DNA of 50,179 nt from a virus (taxonomy: Duplodnaviria > Caudoviricetes): IMG/VR virus record IMGVR_UViG_3300043652_000004, positions 1-50,179 of that record; one strand, written 5' to 3'. The translations under genes were made by a program, and so were the position numbers. The stretch's first letter is position 1, and every line of letters starts with the position of its first letter. This document shows positions 1 through 8,938 of this stretch, piece by piece. The notes beneath the pieces are model-generated. The model was given only the letters and a program-made list of their open reading frames with translations. It made no database searches and was not told the DNA's origin.

Positions 1-26
1 TGATGGGGATGACCACGGGGAAGTCC
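1..26. repeat. Terminal direct repeat (copy 1; circular assembly overlap)
   Basis: TGATGGGGATGACCACGGGGAAGTCC is identical to 50154-50179. Confidence 0.95.
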
Positions 27-358
27 TCACGCACGTACACGGTTACTTCATAAGTGAACATCTTACTCTTGGGCTTGGCTTTTAATTCATATACGTGTAC
101 CACGTAGCTGTCATCCGTCTGGCAGGTGCCAATGTAATATTCAGCATCCTTCGGCAGCTCGCCGCCCGTGGTCGCTACAAAGAATGTACGTTCTTCACAT
201 TCGTCGGCACTGTCTCGGGTGCTGGTGGGGTTGACCTGCACCCACAAGAATGGGGCGTTGTCCTGCATCTGCACGCTTAGCGGCTTGGCCCTTGGCGGTA
301 ATTGCAGAGTAATCAGGCCGCACATTGGCAGGCGGTACTTGAAGATTGTCTCACTCAT
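1..358 (-). CDS. Conserved phage hypothetical protein spanning the circular junction (358->1, continuing 50153->50047; 154 aa)
   Basis: Manual translation MSETIFKYRLPMCGLITLQLPPRAKPLSVQMQDNAPFLWVQVNP...YIGTCQ...VVHVYE...KVENPDAL*; frame stays open across the junction; GAGGAG RBS upstream; missing from the ORF track. Confidence 0.8.
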   Translation of the reverse strand, partial: MSETIFKYRLPMCGLITLQLPPRAKPLSVQMQDNAPFLWVQVNPTSTRDSADECEERTFFVATTGGELPKDAEYYIGTCQTDDSYVVHVYELKAKPKSKMFTYEVTVYVREDFPVVIPI

Positions 359-368
359 TTCGTTCTCC

Positions 369-1088
369 TCAGTATTTGCATGGGCCGGGCATTTTCTTGC
401 CCGATACTTTGTCTACGAAGTTTTTGCTGAATGGGCACCACTGGCAGTAGAATCCTGGGCGCGGTGCCCATCGCCGCTCGGCCAGCATCGGCGCGAACCG
501 CTTGTTCCATTCCTTCTGCTTGCGCCTTGCCTGCACTGCCGTCACCAACACCGGCTGGGCCGGGTACTGCATCCCTAAATCTGTGTACAACAAGCGCGGG
601 CGCACGCCTTTCAGGGTTGGGTACTGGGCTATTCCTGCGGCACAGTACAGGTCTAGCTGCAACTCGTACTTGTCTTTATCCCGCTCGTTGTACTTACCGG
701 TCTTATTGTCGGTAAACTCCAACACGTTGTTCTCGATGTAACCTACGTCGATCTTCGACCGCAGCTTGCACTTATCCCAGTCGTAGTAGCCCACAGGTTC
801 CCACTCGGCCGTAAAGCCCCACTGGCTCTCTACGATTAACCCCCTTATATTCCGCAGCCTGCCAAACTCCTTGGCTACCGGCTTTAACTCTGGCGCCAGC
901 TTGGCAACTTCTTTCTTCAAAAACTTCTCGCCTGCCTCTGCCACTGCCGCGCCGCGAAGCATTGCGCTCGACTTGGGCTCCGGCAATTTGTCTATGTGCT
1001 TGTACTTGGCGAAGGCAGGGCAACGATCCCAGTCCGACCACCGAGTCCAGCTCCAGCTTTTGTACTTGGCCACCGTGTTAAAGGACAT
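369..1088 (-). CDS. PD-(D/E)XK (RecB/Cas4-like) exonuclease
   Basis: RSKIDVG...FTDNKTGK...QLDLY motifs, N-terminal CP and C-terminal CQWCPF..C cysteines; probable start MSFNT. Confidence 0.85.
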   Translation of the reverse strand: MSFNTVAKYKSWSWTRWSDWDRCPAFAKYKHIDKLPEPKSSAMLRGAAVAEAGEKFLKKEVAKLAPELKPVAKEFGRLRNIRGLIVESQWGFTAEWEPVGYYDWDKCKLRSKIDVGYIENNVLEFTDNKTGKYNERDKDKYELQLDLYCAAGIAQYPTLKGVRPRLLYTDLGMQYPAQPVLVTAVQARRKQKEWNKRFAPMLAERRWAPRPGFYCQWCPFSKNFVDKVSGKKMPGPCKY

Positions 1089-1096
1089 GTTGATTC

Positions 1097-1351
1097 CTAA
1101 TAAGTGTTGATGTGGGCTTTCTTGCCGTGTATGGATAGCCATTGGCTGCACTTGGTACAGACCCATTGGCAACCACCATCGGAGAGCCTACCTGTGTAGA
1201 CATAGTGATGCCTACACCCTCCTGTGTAGACATAGTGATGCCTACACCCTGCGCCCCTTCTATGGATATCTATAGCAGTACGGCTCACAACCAAAAGGAA
1301 GATGAAGCCCAGCGATGCTTCCAGAGCCCATACATACCAAGGCATGTTCAT
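1097..1351 (-). CDS. Small membrane protein with Cys/His motif
   Basis: ATGA overlap with polymerase stop; N-terminal hydrophobic helix; duplicated GCRHHYVYTG; CTKC. Confidence 0.55.
   Translation of the reverse strand: MNMPWYVWALEASLGFIFLLVVSRTAIDIHRRGAGCRHHYVYTGGCRHHYVYTGRLSDGGCQWVCTKCSQWLSIHGKKAHINTY
1191..1250. repeat. Exact 30-bp tandem duplication
   Basis: CCTGTGTAGACATAGTGATGCCTACACCCT x2. Confidence 0.95.
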
Positions 1352-3222
1352 TCTTCGTACTCCTTTATCGCCGCCCAATTCGGCCCCAGTTTGGGGGTAC
1401 TTGTCATGGGTAGGTCAAAGGCTACGGCCGCCATCGCCTCACCCAGTATCTTCAATTCCTGCTTCGCTGCCTTCTTCGGCACACTTATGTTCACCTCGTC
1501 GTGCACCTGTACCATGAATCGCCCGTCGCGGCATATCGCGTCGTAGTTTATGACTGCTTGCTTGGTACAATCTGCCGCGCTACCTTGTATAAGATAGTTG
1601 AGTAGTTTGTAGCCAAAGTCGATGCGGCGACCGTTCAGCACTATCGACGGTTCCTTGTAATACAATCTTCCACCCCACGTTACAATCGGCTCGTCGTTGC
1701 GCGCTGCTAGCTTTATCGTTTTCTCCAGGTCGCGTACGCCGGGCATGGCCGCTCGCCGCGCATCCATAACTTGCTTGGCATGGTCTATATCGGTGTTCAT
1801 ACCTATAGCGAGCTTGCCAAGGCCCATACCGTAGATCGTGCCGAAGTTAAGGATCTTCACCGCTTTGCGCGGTAGCACCGTGCCGATAACGTTTGCGATG
1901 GCCTGCTGCACGTAAGCGTGAATGTCCATTCGTGGATTCGCGTTGTACGCCGCTAGCAAGGGGCCATCTTCGAAATGCGCCAAAATCCGTAGTTCCTGTT
2001 GGTCGTAGTCTCGGCCGGCGAATACGTGGGCGCGGTCGTCGGGCAGCACGTACTGGCGCACCAGTGGCAGCGGGGGCAGGTCAATCATCGTTGGATGTTC
2101 ATACCCATCGCCCTTACCATCCCATTCCGTGGGTATGTTCATAAAGTTTGGGCTGCACGACATACGCCCGGTTCTGCTACCGGCCTGCTTGCCTTCTGTG
2201 TGCTTTACTTGATTCCAATTCGTATGCAGTATTCCACCTGTCCGCGCTATGGCCTCGGCCCACGGTTGCATGAATGTACCTAGCGCGGTGTTCAACCTGT
2301 TGCGGTAGCCAAGTACGTAGAACACTCGCTTATCCTTAAACAGGTCTATCGTCAGGTTCGCCTTGCTTACGCTCTTTTGGCCGGTCGGGGTCATTACAAA
2401 GTCTGTTACTACCCCGGCTTTTTCTAAGGCGTCGCCTACCTGTCGGTCCTTATCTAGTTCTAGGTCGGGCGCCTTTAACCTCTTACGCAGCCATGTTTCC
2501 GACTTCGACATGGCCTCTTGATAAATCTCGATATCCTTATTCAACACCGATTGGTCGATGCGTATGCCCTCGCGCTCATTCCTTAGCATTATCGGCATCA
2601 ACTGCCGCTCGCGGTCGTACGCGCCGCCCATGCCCTGCGCTTGCACGATTGGGTAGAGTTTTTTGAATAATCTCAATGTACGCACTGTGTCCCCCACTGC
2701 GTACGGCGCCACAATTTCCACCGGGGCTTCGCTTATGTGCTGGCCCCAATCCTTTGGGGTGAACCTGCCGTACTTCGCCTCGATCTCTGCTTTGTGGGCT
2801 AGTACCCAGTTTTTCACCTTGTCCTGCTCTTCCGGCTTCATGCCGAGTATTTCTTCCGACATTGGTTTCAGCGACAAAGTCTTGCTGTGGGGGTACAGTA
2901 GAAACAGCAGGTAAAGCGTATCGTGAACACGTTGCCACGGCGGCAACTTTAAGCCCATGTGCACTTCCGCTACGTCAAGGTCAAACTTCGCGTTCTGGAA
3001 CAGTAGCGGCACCTTGCCATTCCATAAGTCCTTCAATCTTGCCTTCGCCTGCGACAGCGTACAGTTATTCTTGCCATTGGGGTGGCCCCATGCGTAGTAC
3101 GTACCTGACCGCGAACCCGGTAGAATAATACTTACGCCTACCGGGCGCGGCGGGTAGTTCGGCCTGCGAGCGATGCCCTTCGTCTCGAAGTCTATTGTTG
3201 CCACGGCAGGGCAGTTAGGCAT
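1348..3222 (-). CDS. polA: DNA polymerase, family A, with 3'-5' exonuclease
   Basis: ExoI IDFET, ExoII QNAKFD, ExoIII YAVGD; RTGRMS; motif A DYDQQELRILAH; motif B KILNFGTIYGMG; motif C VHDE; probable start MPNCP. Confidence 0.95.
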   Translation of the reverse strand: MPNCPAVATIDFETKGIARRPNYPPRPVGVSIILPGSRSGTYYAWGHPNGKNNCTLSQAKARLKDLWNGKVPLLFQNAKFDLDVAEVHMGLKLPPWQRVHDTLYLLFLLYPHSKTLSLKPMSEEILGMKPEEQDKVKNWVLAHKAEIEAKYGRFTPKDWGQHISEAPVEIVAPYAVGDTVRTLRLFKKLYPIVQAQGMGGAYDRERQLMPIMLRNEREGIRIDQSVLNKDIEIYQEAMSKSETWLRKRLKAPDLELDKDRQVGDALEKAGVVTDFVMTPTGQKSVSKANLTIDLFKDKRVFYVLGYRNRLNTALGTFMQPWAEAIARTGGILHTNWNQVKHTEGKQAGSRTGRMSCSPNFMNIPTEWDGKGDGYEHPTMIDLPPLPLVRQYVLPDDRAHVFAGRDYDQQELRILAHFEDGPLLAAYNANPRMDIHAYVQQAIANVIGTVLPRKAVKILNFGTIYGMGLGKLAIGMNTDIDHAKQVMDARRAAMPGVRDLEKTIKLAARNDEPIVTWGGRLYYKEPSIVLNGRRIDFGYKLLNYLIQGSAADCTKQAVINYDAICRDGRFMVQVHDEVNISVPKKAAKQELKILGEAMAAVAFDLPMTSTPKLGPNWAAIKEYEE

Positions 3223-3427
3223 TGGTAGACTCCCCCAGTGCGGCAAGCTCTGCATTTTCGCGCTGCCTGCGAAGTTCCCGAACACGGCCACGGGCTTTTT
3301 CCAGCCAGCGGTGTCTCTTCGGCCCGGCAAACTCCTTATCGTAGATTGCTTGGGCTTCGGCCTCGGTGCGGCAGTCGCGCAAGGCGTTTATTGTCTCGCG
3401 CCATGTTGGCTGCTGGTTCTGCTTCAC
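3215..3427 (-). CDS. Hypothetical protein (70 aa)
   Basis: AGGAG RBS; overlaps polymerase start; operon context. Confidence 0.7.
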   Translation of the reverse strand: MKQNQQPTWRETINALRDCRTEAEAQAIYDKEFAGPKRHRWLEKARGRVRELRRQRENAELAALGESTNA

Positions 3428-3505
3428 GATATTTCTCCTTTGGTTTCGCCACTGGGCGAACCGGCACGATTACCGGCCCGCCCAATGCCGCTACGTGCGC
3501 CAACG

Positions 3506-4360
3506 CTAGGCTCGCGCCCGCCTTGGCGCGGCCCTGCGGCCCGCTGGTGCCTGTTCGCTCGCCTTGGCGCTGCCCTTGCGGCCCGCTGGTGCGCCCTGCC
3601 CGCTGCCCCTGCGCTGGGTTGCCTTGCTGGGCTTTTTGGCCGAGTCGTCTTCCTCCGCGTAGGTGTACGGGGCCATCATGTCTCCCACTACGCCATCGGC
3701 CTTTGCCAGTAGGTCCCCGATGTACTGTTCATCCACATCGCCAATGATGCGGAACTGCAGAACGAATTGGTAGTCGGGGTGCCGCTTGATTTTGATGCCG
3801 ATGATAAATGCCAGTGGCGGCTTTTTCAACACCGTAATCTTCTTCACCAAGTCGTTCCATGCCTTGCCGCTAGTCGTCGGCACGGTAAGCATGTGCGGCT
3901 CGGCTTCGTCGATATTTTCCAGGTCGTCGGGGGTAATAAGCATCAGCCTGTTCTTGTCCTTACAGGCTTTGCCCTTGCCAGTGTCGGCGCTGTTCCATTG
4001 ATTCCACTGGCAGGTTTTGCAGATGTCGTTTTGCAAGTCCTTTACATCTTCTGGCACTGGGGCGAGCAACTTCGCGTTGCGATTTATCGCATAGCAGTCG
4101 GGCGGCACGATGTTATCCGGATCGTACTTTTCCTTGAACCAATTTTTCTCGGCGCAGCTATCCAGTACGATGCACTGTAGTTCCTCGGTGTCGATTTCGT
4201 CACCGCCGATACTAAATGCTCCGCCACGCAACGAAATCTTCTTGCTGCCCATCGCTTGCGATTCTGCAGTTTCCTGTGCTATCGCTGCGCGCTTGGCCAG
4301 CTCCTCATCCCACTTCTGCATCTGCTTGCCGCTATCAGCGGGCTTTTTCTTTACTGCCAT
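3506..4360 (-). CDS. Putative ssDNA-binding/annealing protein
   Basis: PDCYA...CKTCQWNQWNSADTGKGKACK motif typical of the protein found upstream of polA in such phages; charged C-tail. Confidence 0.65.
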   Translation of the reverse strand: MAVKKKPADSGKQMQKWDEELAKRAAIAQETAESQAMGSKKISLRGGAFSIGGDEIDTEELQCIVLDSCAEKNWFKEKYDPDNIVPPDCYAINRNAKLLAPVPEDVKDLQNDICKTCQWNQWNSADTGKGKACKDKNRLMLITPDDLENIDEAEPHMLTVPTTSGKAWNDLVKKITVLKKPPLAFIIGIKIKRHPDYQFVLQFRIIGDVDEQYIGDLLAKADGVVGDMMAPYTYAEEDDSAKKPSKATQRRGSGQGAPAGRKGSAKASEQAPAGRRAAPRRARA

Positions 4361-4365
4361 GTCAA

Positions 4366-4818
4366 TCACTCCTTTTGTTGGGTGGGCACCATGTCAATAA
4401 CGATGCCTTTTAGGTAGGTGAGTACAGCTAGTAAGTCAACTGCGCGGCCCTCTATACCTTGTACTACGCGATTGAGTCTTGTATAGCCTTTCTTCTTCTC
4501 CTCCTCGGTTTGGTCGGTGGGTTTCAGCACCACTAGATGCAGAATACATAGCACTTCGTTTTTCTCCACACTGTCGATAGTTTCGCGTAGCGATTCTAGT
4601 GAGTCACTACCTACGTTCGACGGTATGCCCTCGTCCGATAGACCGGATAAATGCAATGCGCTCGCGTACATTTCCATGTGCAGGTCATCCCCTTCCAGCA
4701 TGGCCTCTATCATTTTCAACTTGTACTGGTTGGCATCCTTCTCTATATACTTGTCCTCGCGGGTAAGACAATCCGCACCTGCGGCCAGTGCCTCTGCTTT
4801 GTTAATGTCGTCGTTCAT
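4366..4818 (-). CDS. Hypothetical protein
   Basis: ATGA overlap with upstream gene; acidic 150-aa ORF. Confidence 0.65.
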   Translation of the reverse strand: MNDDINKAEALAAGADCLTREDKYIEKDANQYKLKMIEAMLEGDDLHMEMYASALHLSGLSDEGIPSNVGSDSLESLRETIDSVEKNEVLCILHLVVLKPTDQTEEEKKKGYTRLNRVVQGIEGRAVDLLAVLTYLKGIVIDMVPTQQKE

Positions 4819-5240
4819 AGTTTTGTCAGACTCACCTTTACGTTGTTGAATTTGCCAACGCCGGGGATGGTCTTGCCATTTTCCCAACGCTCCCTTACTG
4901 CAACGCGGTTCAGCGCGCGGTTAAGCAGGTCGAATTCCCCCGTGCGCTTTATGTGGCGGTGTATCTTTAGCCAGTCTTCGGCTACAGGCTCTACCACTAC
5001 GTTCAACTGGGCGCGGGCCAGTTTACCGCTCGCCCCCGTGGCGTCACTTTTCGGCAAAGTGTCCAGTATGTAGTTCTTTAGTTCCGTCTCGCGGGCTTGC
5101 AGCGCGTCCACCTGCTTTTGCATCGCCAGTCGCTGCGCGCGCACGCTGTACAGCATATCCGCCGCTTGCGCGGCATTCTTGGGCTTGCCCGACAGCTTTA
5201 CCGTACTAGTGCCGTTGTTCTTGGGCTTCTTCGTGGCCAT
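4815..5240 (-). CDS. Conserved coiled-coil phage replication-module protein
   Basis: Coiled coil plus DW...I..TGEFDLL.R...PGV pattern; RBS present. Confidence 0.7.
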   Translation of the reverse strand: MATKKPKNNGTSTVKLSGKPKNAAQAADMLYSVRAQRLAMQKQVDALQARETELKNYILDTLPKSDATGASGKLARAQLNVVVEPVAEDWLKIHRHIKRTGEFDLLNRALNRVAVRERWENGKTIPGVGKFNNVKVSLTKL

Positions 5241-5241
5241 G

Positions 5242-5664
5242 CTAGTTACTCCCAGCAGGGGCGGGCCTTTGCGACCGCGTAGCTTCGAGAATCGGTAGCT
5301 GCGCTTCGGTAGGCACGTAAATAATCTGATCCTTCGTATCCTGCAGATTATTTACGAACAGGTATCGGAGGTAAGCCTCGTTGTTCTTAAGGCTGTTGCC
5401 GATAATCAGGTTGGCTCTGGCGACGCCGCCTGCCCGGATAACTTCTGCCTCGGCTAGCGACTGGGCCGATTCCTTCTTCGCCAGCGCATCTTGCACCATG
5501 ACTTGCTTGCTGCTGATACTCTCGGCCAACTGCGCCTGCCCGCTTATGCGTGCACGGTACAGATTGTAGCGTGGCCACATCCAAAAAATACTGATAATGA
5601 TAAGCGCGATCCCTACGACCACAATCAGCATGCCGATCTCGCCTTCGCCTTTTTGCTTATTCAT
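5242..5664 (-). CDS. Membrane-anchored band-7/SPFH-like protein
   Basis: One TM helix followed by AEAEVIRAGGVARAN...YLRYL...IIYVPTEAQLPILEA. Confidence 0.7.
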   Translation of the reverse strand: MNKQKGEGEIGMLIVVVGIALIIISIFWMWPRYNLYRARISGQAQLAESISSKQVMVQDALAKKESAQSLAEAEVIRAGGVARANLIIGNSLKNNEAYLRYLFVNNLQDTKDQIIYVPTEAQLPILEATRSQRPAPAGSN

Positions 5665-5763
5665 ATTCTTCGCTCCTCGGTTAAATGGTCCCCAACCTAT
5701 TCGACAGACACCTGCTGGGGTAGGTGCCGGTGCCTGCACCCTAGTTAAAGAGTACAAACTGTC

Positions 5764-6234
5764 TTATTGTTCCAGGTACGTCGTTTCCAGGCCAAATTCT
5801 TGGCACACGTGCACCAACAACAAGCGCATACCGCCTTTCGACGTATCATCGTGCGCAGTTTGCAATCGGCTGATAAGACTGTAGTGGTTATACGACACTA
5901 ACCCTTCGTCCACCAGTGCTTCCCACGGCTGGCCCTCGATGGTGTTAGCGGCAAGGTCGGTTTTGCTAAAGGTGCGATCTGCGGCTACCTTTGTATTCAG
6001 ATCTGTGTATTCCTCATCGGTCATACAGTGCCCGGCGGCGCAACGTAGCGGCTTGTTCATTAGCAGGTGCCCGTTACTGTCTTCCTCGAAGCCGCGGTAC
6101 CCGCAAGACTCCTCGGCGTTGATCAAGGACCGTTTGTAATCCTGCCGCGCCAGTCGGTAGCAAATGTGATCCGCCACTTGCTGCGCCGTACACTCGGCAA
6201 GGTTCGCCAACGTCACTACTTTGGGTTCTGTCAC
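5764..6234 (-). CDS. Hypothetical protein (CxYRG...CAAG type)
   Basis: GTGA overlap with upstream stop; CGYRG/RCAAGHC/LQTAHD motifs. Confidence 0.7.
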   Translation of the reverse strand: MTEPKVVTLANLAECTAQQVADHICYRLARQDYKRSLINAEESCGYRGFEEDSNGHLLMNKPLRCAAGHCMTDEEYTDLNTKVAADRTFSKTDLAANTIEGQPWEALVDEGLVSYNHYSLISRLQTAHDDTSKGGMRLLLVHVCQEFGLETTYLEQ

Positions 6235-6683
6235 GACACGATCTCCTTTTCGAATGCTTTGTTCCAATCCACTTCGCCGGTCGCTGCCAAGTGGCGCAAA
6301 ACCCTAGCCGCCTGTTGCGGAGTGATGTCGTAAGGACCGGGGCCACTGTAGATTACAGACGTCGACGAGGGCATGAATAACTCGATAGCTTGGTCGCAGG
6401 TAAGTTCAAGAATTTCCTCGGCTTCTTCGGCTATATGGGCTGATTCGGTAATCTCCCTATATGGGTACTGCATGGCTACTGCACAGCCCGCGATGCAGCC
6501 CGCCGTGCCGCATTTGTGACCATTGGCCCAGTGGACGCCGTACTTTGCGGCCAAGTTTTCTTCACCTCGTTGGTACCTACACGCGAAGTCCCCCATCTCG
6601 AAGCCCTGTACTTGGCCGATGCCGTCGATTTCGTCCCAGTGCTCCATCTTTTCGGCCAATGCGTTAATCTTGTCGATGTTCAT
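6231..6683 (-). CDS. Hypothetical protein, paralog A (CGTxxCIxG family)
   Basis: GAGGAG RBS; shares several motifs with 7932..8306. Confidence 0.75.
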   Translation of the reverse strand: MNIDKINALAEKMEHWDEIDGIGQVQGFEMGDFACRYQRGEENLAAKYGVHWANGHKCGTAGCIAGCAVAMQYPYREITESAHIAEEAEEILELTCDQAIELFMPSSTSVIYSGPGPYDITPQQAARVLRHLAATGEVDWNKAFEKEIVS

Positions 6684-6724
6684 GTTCGTTGCTCCTCGCT
6701 GTTTGCCCGACTGGGCACGCCCAT

Positions 6725-6764
6725 TGTAACCGATTAGGTGCAAGCGTGCAACTAGCCAGTTACA
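6725..6764. promoter_or_regulatory. Inverted pair of 17-bp operator-like motifs
   Basis: TGTAACCGATTAGGTGC and GCAACTAGCCAGTTACA; related copies at 10712-10767 and 40191-40207. Confidence 0.5.
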
Positions 6765-7044
6765 AAATCACAACGCCGGGGTTAGCTACCAGCCACGCAT
6801 CTCTACAACGTTTTAATTCCACACGTATGAAGTTACGGGTTTGATTTTTAGTGGCTTGATCAACACGCCACAATGTATCGGCACTCTTGAAATCTTCCGG
6901 TGTTGTCGGCACTGCCCCGTGCACTTTTTTGAATATGGCAGCGCGCTCAACTAAGTAACGATGGAACCTAGCAGCGTAAACTTCTTGCATATCAGGATCT
7001 GGCTTCGCGTATTTTTCATACAAAGCCATTATTTCAGCGCGCAT
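6760..7044 (-). CDS. Hypothetical protein, visibly lower GC
   Basis: Fills the gap after the ligase gene; probable start MRAEI. Confidence 0.55.
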   Translation of the reverse strand: MRAEIMALYEKYAKPDPDMQEVYAARFHRYLVERAAIFKKVHGAVPTTPEDFKSADTLWRVDQATKNQTRNFIRVELKRCRDAWLVANPGVVIL

Positions 7045-7057
7045 AGTTCTGGGTAAA

Positions 7058-7942
7058 TCATAAATCCTCCCTAAACCCCCGAAACGTGGGGAAACGTGGG
7101 GCGGCTTTCGACCCGGTGGGGAAGTAACGGTAAGTAACAACGCGGCCCGGTAGTGATTCCTTCAGCATCCACAGCCTCGCCCGCTCGCTGGCGGTGAATC
7201 CGCTGCCTATGCCGAATGCTGCGCCCGTCGCCACGTCGCGCACAGTCAACGCACCGAGTACGCCGCCCGCACGCTTGCCCGCCTTGTGGCTGGTGCGCTT
7301 ACCATCCTCACCCTTTGCGTTGTCGTTATGCTGCAACTCTTCTACGCCGTCGATCACGGCTTCGCCATCTTTAAACCGCTTTATCTTTATCAACCATCCT
7401 TCGTTCAAGGTACTGCGGCCTGCCTTGTATTCCCCATCTGTGCTCCGAAGCATCAAGCCCTCGAAGCCCTTGGCTAGCGCGTCTGCCTCTAAGGCATTCA
7501 GCTGGTACTCGTTCTGCAATAACGCGTGGGGCACGTACATTAGCGCGTTCGCTACCTTCTTGCCGATGGCTACCACGCGCTGCGCGGCCTTGCGTAAACG
7601 AAGTTTGTATGGATCTTCGGGGCGGGTAAAGTCATCAAATACGTGCAGCCTTACATCGTGTATCGGCTTGTCCCTACTCATTACCGTGCTCGCCGTGGTT
7701 CTGTACACGTCCTTACCGTAGGCCACCCCATCAATCAGTTCACCATCCAGTCCTTCATACATTGCCTTGCCGTAGCGGGTTTGCAGGGCAGCGTTGGGAA
7801 TCGGCTTGTTGTTGCGACTAACAAGCACGCCATCGACAACAGCGGCACGAATGCCATCAATTTTGAAACTTGCAAGAACTGGCCAGTCGATGCCCGAAAG
7901 GCTGTCAGGCGTTTTGGCAGCGAGCATGAACTTATGCGCCAT
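7058..7942 (-). CDS. ATP-dependent DNA ligase
   Basis: KIDGIR adenylation motif, LDGEL, FEGLMLR, IKIKRF, GSGF, PRFP. Confidence 0.95.
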   Translation of the reverse strand: MAHKFMLAAKTPDSLSGIDWPVLASFKIDGIRAAVVDGVLVSRNNKPIPNAALQTRYGKAMYEGLDGELIDGVAYGKDVYRTTASTVMSRDKPIHDVRLHVFDDFTRPEDPYKLRLRKAAQRVVAIGKKVANALMYVPHALLQNEYQLNALEADALAKGFEGLMLRSTDGEYKAGRSTLNEGWLIKIKRFKDGEAVIDGVEELQHNDNAKGEDGKRTSHKAGKRAGGVLGALTVRDVATGAAFGIGSGFTASERARLWMLKESLPGRVVTYRYFPTGSKAAPRFPTFRGFREDL

Positions 7943-8306
7943 GGGTCGGCTCCTCTTCAGCGGGTTCTGTACCAGACCAATCTACTTCGCCAGTTTCGAG
8001 CAGGTTACGCACGCAGGCCGCCGCCCATTCGCGGGTGATTGAATCTAAGTGATGCGCACCGCGCGCACCCCTCGCGTAAACCAGTTGACGGGCAGTATGT
8101 GTGTCTAGCCCAAGGTACTCCGCACTGATGCCACTATATAGCTGCTCGTCGTCGATGTTTCCACTCAACAAGGCCGCATAGCCACCGATGCAACAGACTG
8201 TACCGCAGGAATCCTCGTCGTAAAAGTACGTCATATCGAAACGCGGTTGCGTCGGTTCGGGGTGCTCTAACCATGCCAGCACTTTCTTTATGTTATCGAC
8301 GTTCAT
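7932..8306 (-). CDS. Hypothetical protein, paralog B (CGTxxCIxG family)
   Basis: GAGGAG RBS; FDM..F, CGTVCCIGG, TGEVDW. Confidence 0.75.
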   Translation of the reverse strand: MNVDNIKKVLAWLEHPEPTQPRFDMTYFYDEDSCGTVCCIGGYAALLSGNIDDEQLYSGISAEYLGLDTHTARQLVYARGARGAHHLDSITREWAAACVRNLLETGEVDWSGTEPAEEEPTHGA

Positions 8307-8604
8307 CTTTCTTACTCCTCTTGTAAGTGGTGCCTACCCGCTGCACCGATGGTACTAATGGCAACAAACGACTCCGCTTATCCGGCAGCATCGCCACCTT
8401 TCTGCTTACATGCACTATGCGGTCTGTGTAACCTTTGTTCTTAGCCACGTTTCTCTCCTCCCACTGCGGCGATAAGGGCCGTCGCCGCTTCCCATGCGCC
8501 TCGCGCGGCGCGTTAATTCATGGGTTAGGTCACAAGGGCGCATAAGTAACCGGCACGGTTCCGTTTGCGATCGCGTCCATCAGTCTCCAGCACCATCGGG
8601 GCGC

Positions 8605-8937
8605 TCACGTCAACTCTCCATTTGCGATCATCCCGTGCCAATGCGGATCAAGTCCGACACTCGGAGCAAGGGTTAACGTTTCAAACGTGTCACCACTGAC
8701 GCGATGATGGAATCCTTCATGTGGGAACGGCGTCATAAACCTGTCCTTCCAATTCGCTGGATCTATTGGCGGCCAAAATTGGACCGCAAGGCGCGTGCCT
8801 TTCTGGTGTCCACAAGTCGGGCATTTTTGCGTGCCACAATGCGGACACAGAAATGACACGCCGATATAGAACGATTCTTCCGTCGCCCAATTACCCGGCT
8901 GAATCCAGTGTGGCTCCAGATCGCGTAATTTCGTCAC
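8605..8937 (-). CDS. DUF6527-like Cys/His protein
   Basis: FLCPHC...TLTLAPSV...HWHGMIANG; GTG start with AAGGAG RBS. Confidence 0.6.
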   Translation of the reverse strand: MTKLRDLEPHWIQPGNWATEESFYIGVSFLCPHCGTQKCPTCGHQKGTRLAVQFWPPIDPANWKDRFMTPFPHEGFHHRVSGDTFETLTLAPSVGLDPHWHGMIANGELT

Positions 8938-8938
8938 G

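Noticed and set aside
1191-1250. Possible CRISPR mini-array next to a Cas4-like nuclease
   Set aside because: The two 30-bp units are directly adjacent with no spacer and lie in frame within an ORF
7081-7100. GAAACGTGGG tandem repeat at the ligase 3' end
   Set aside because: It simply encodes the conserved ligase PRFPTF motif; probably coincidental
8294-8600. Possible small ORFs, such as a ~51-aa GTG-start ORF at 8449 with a strong RBS
   Set aside because: Plausible but short, with no motif support and ambiguous frames
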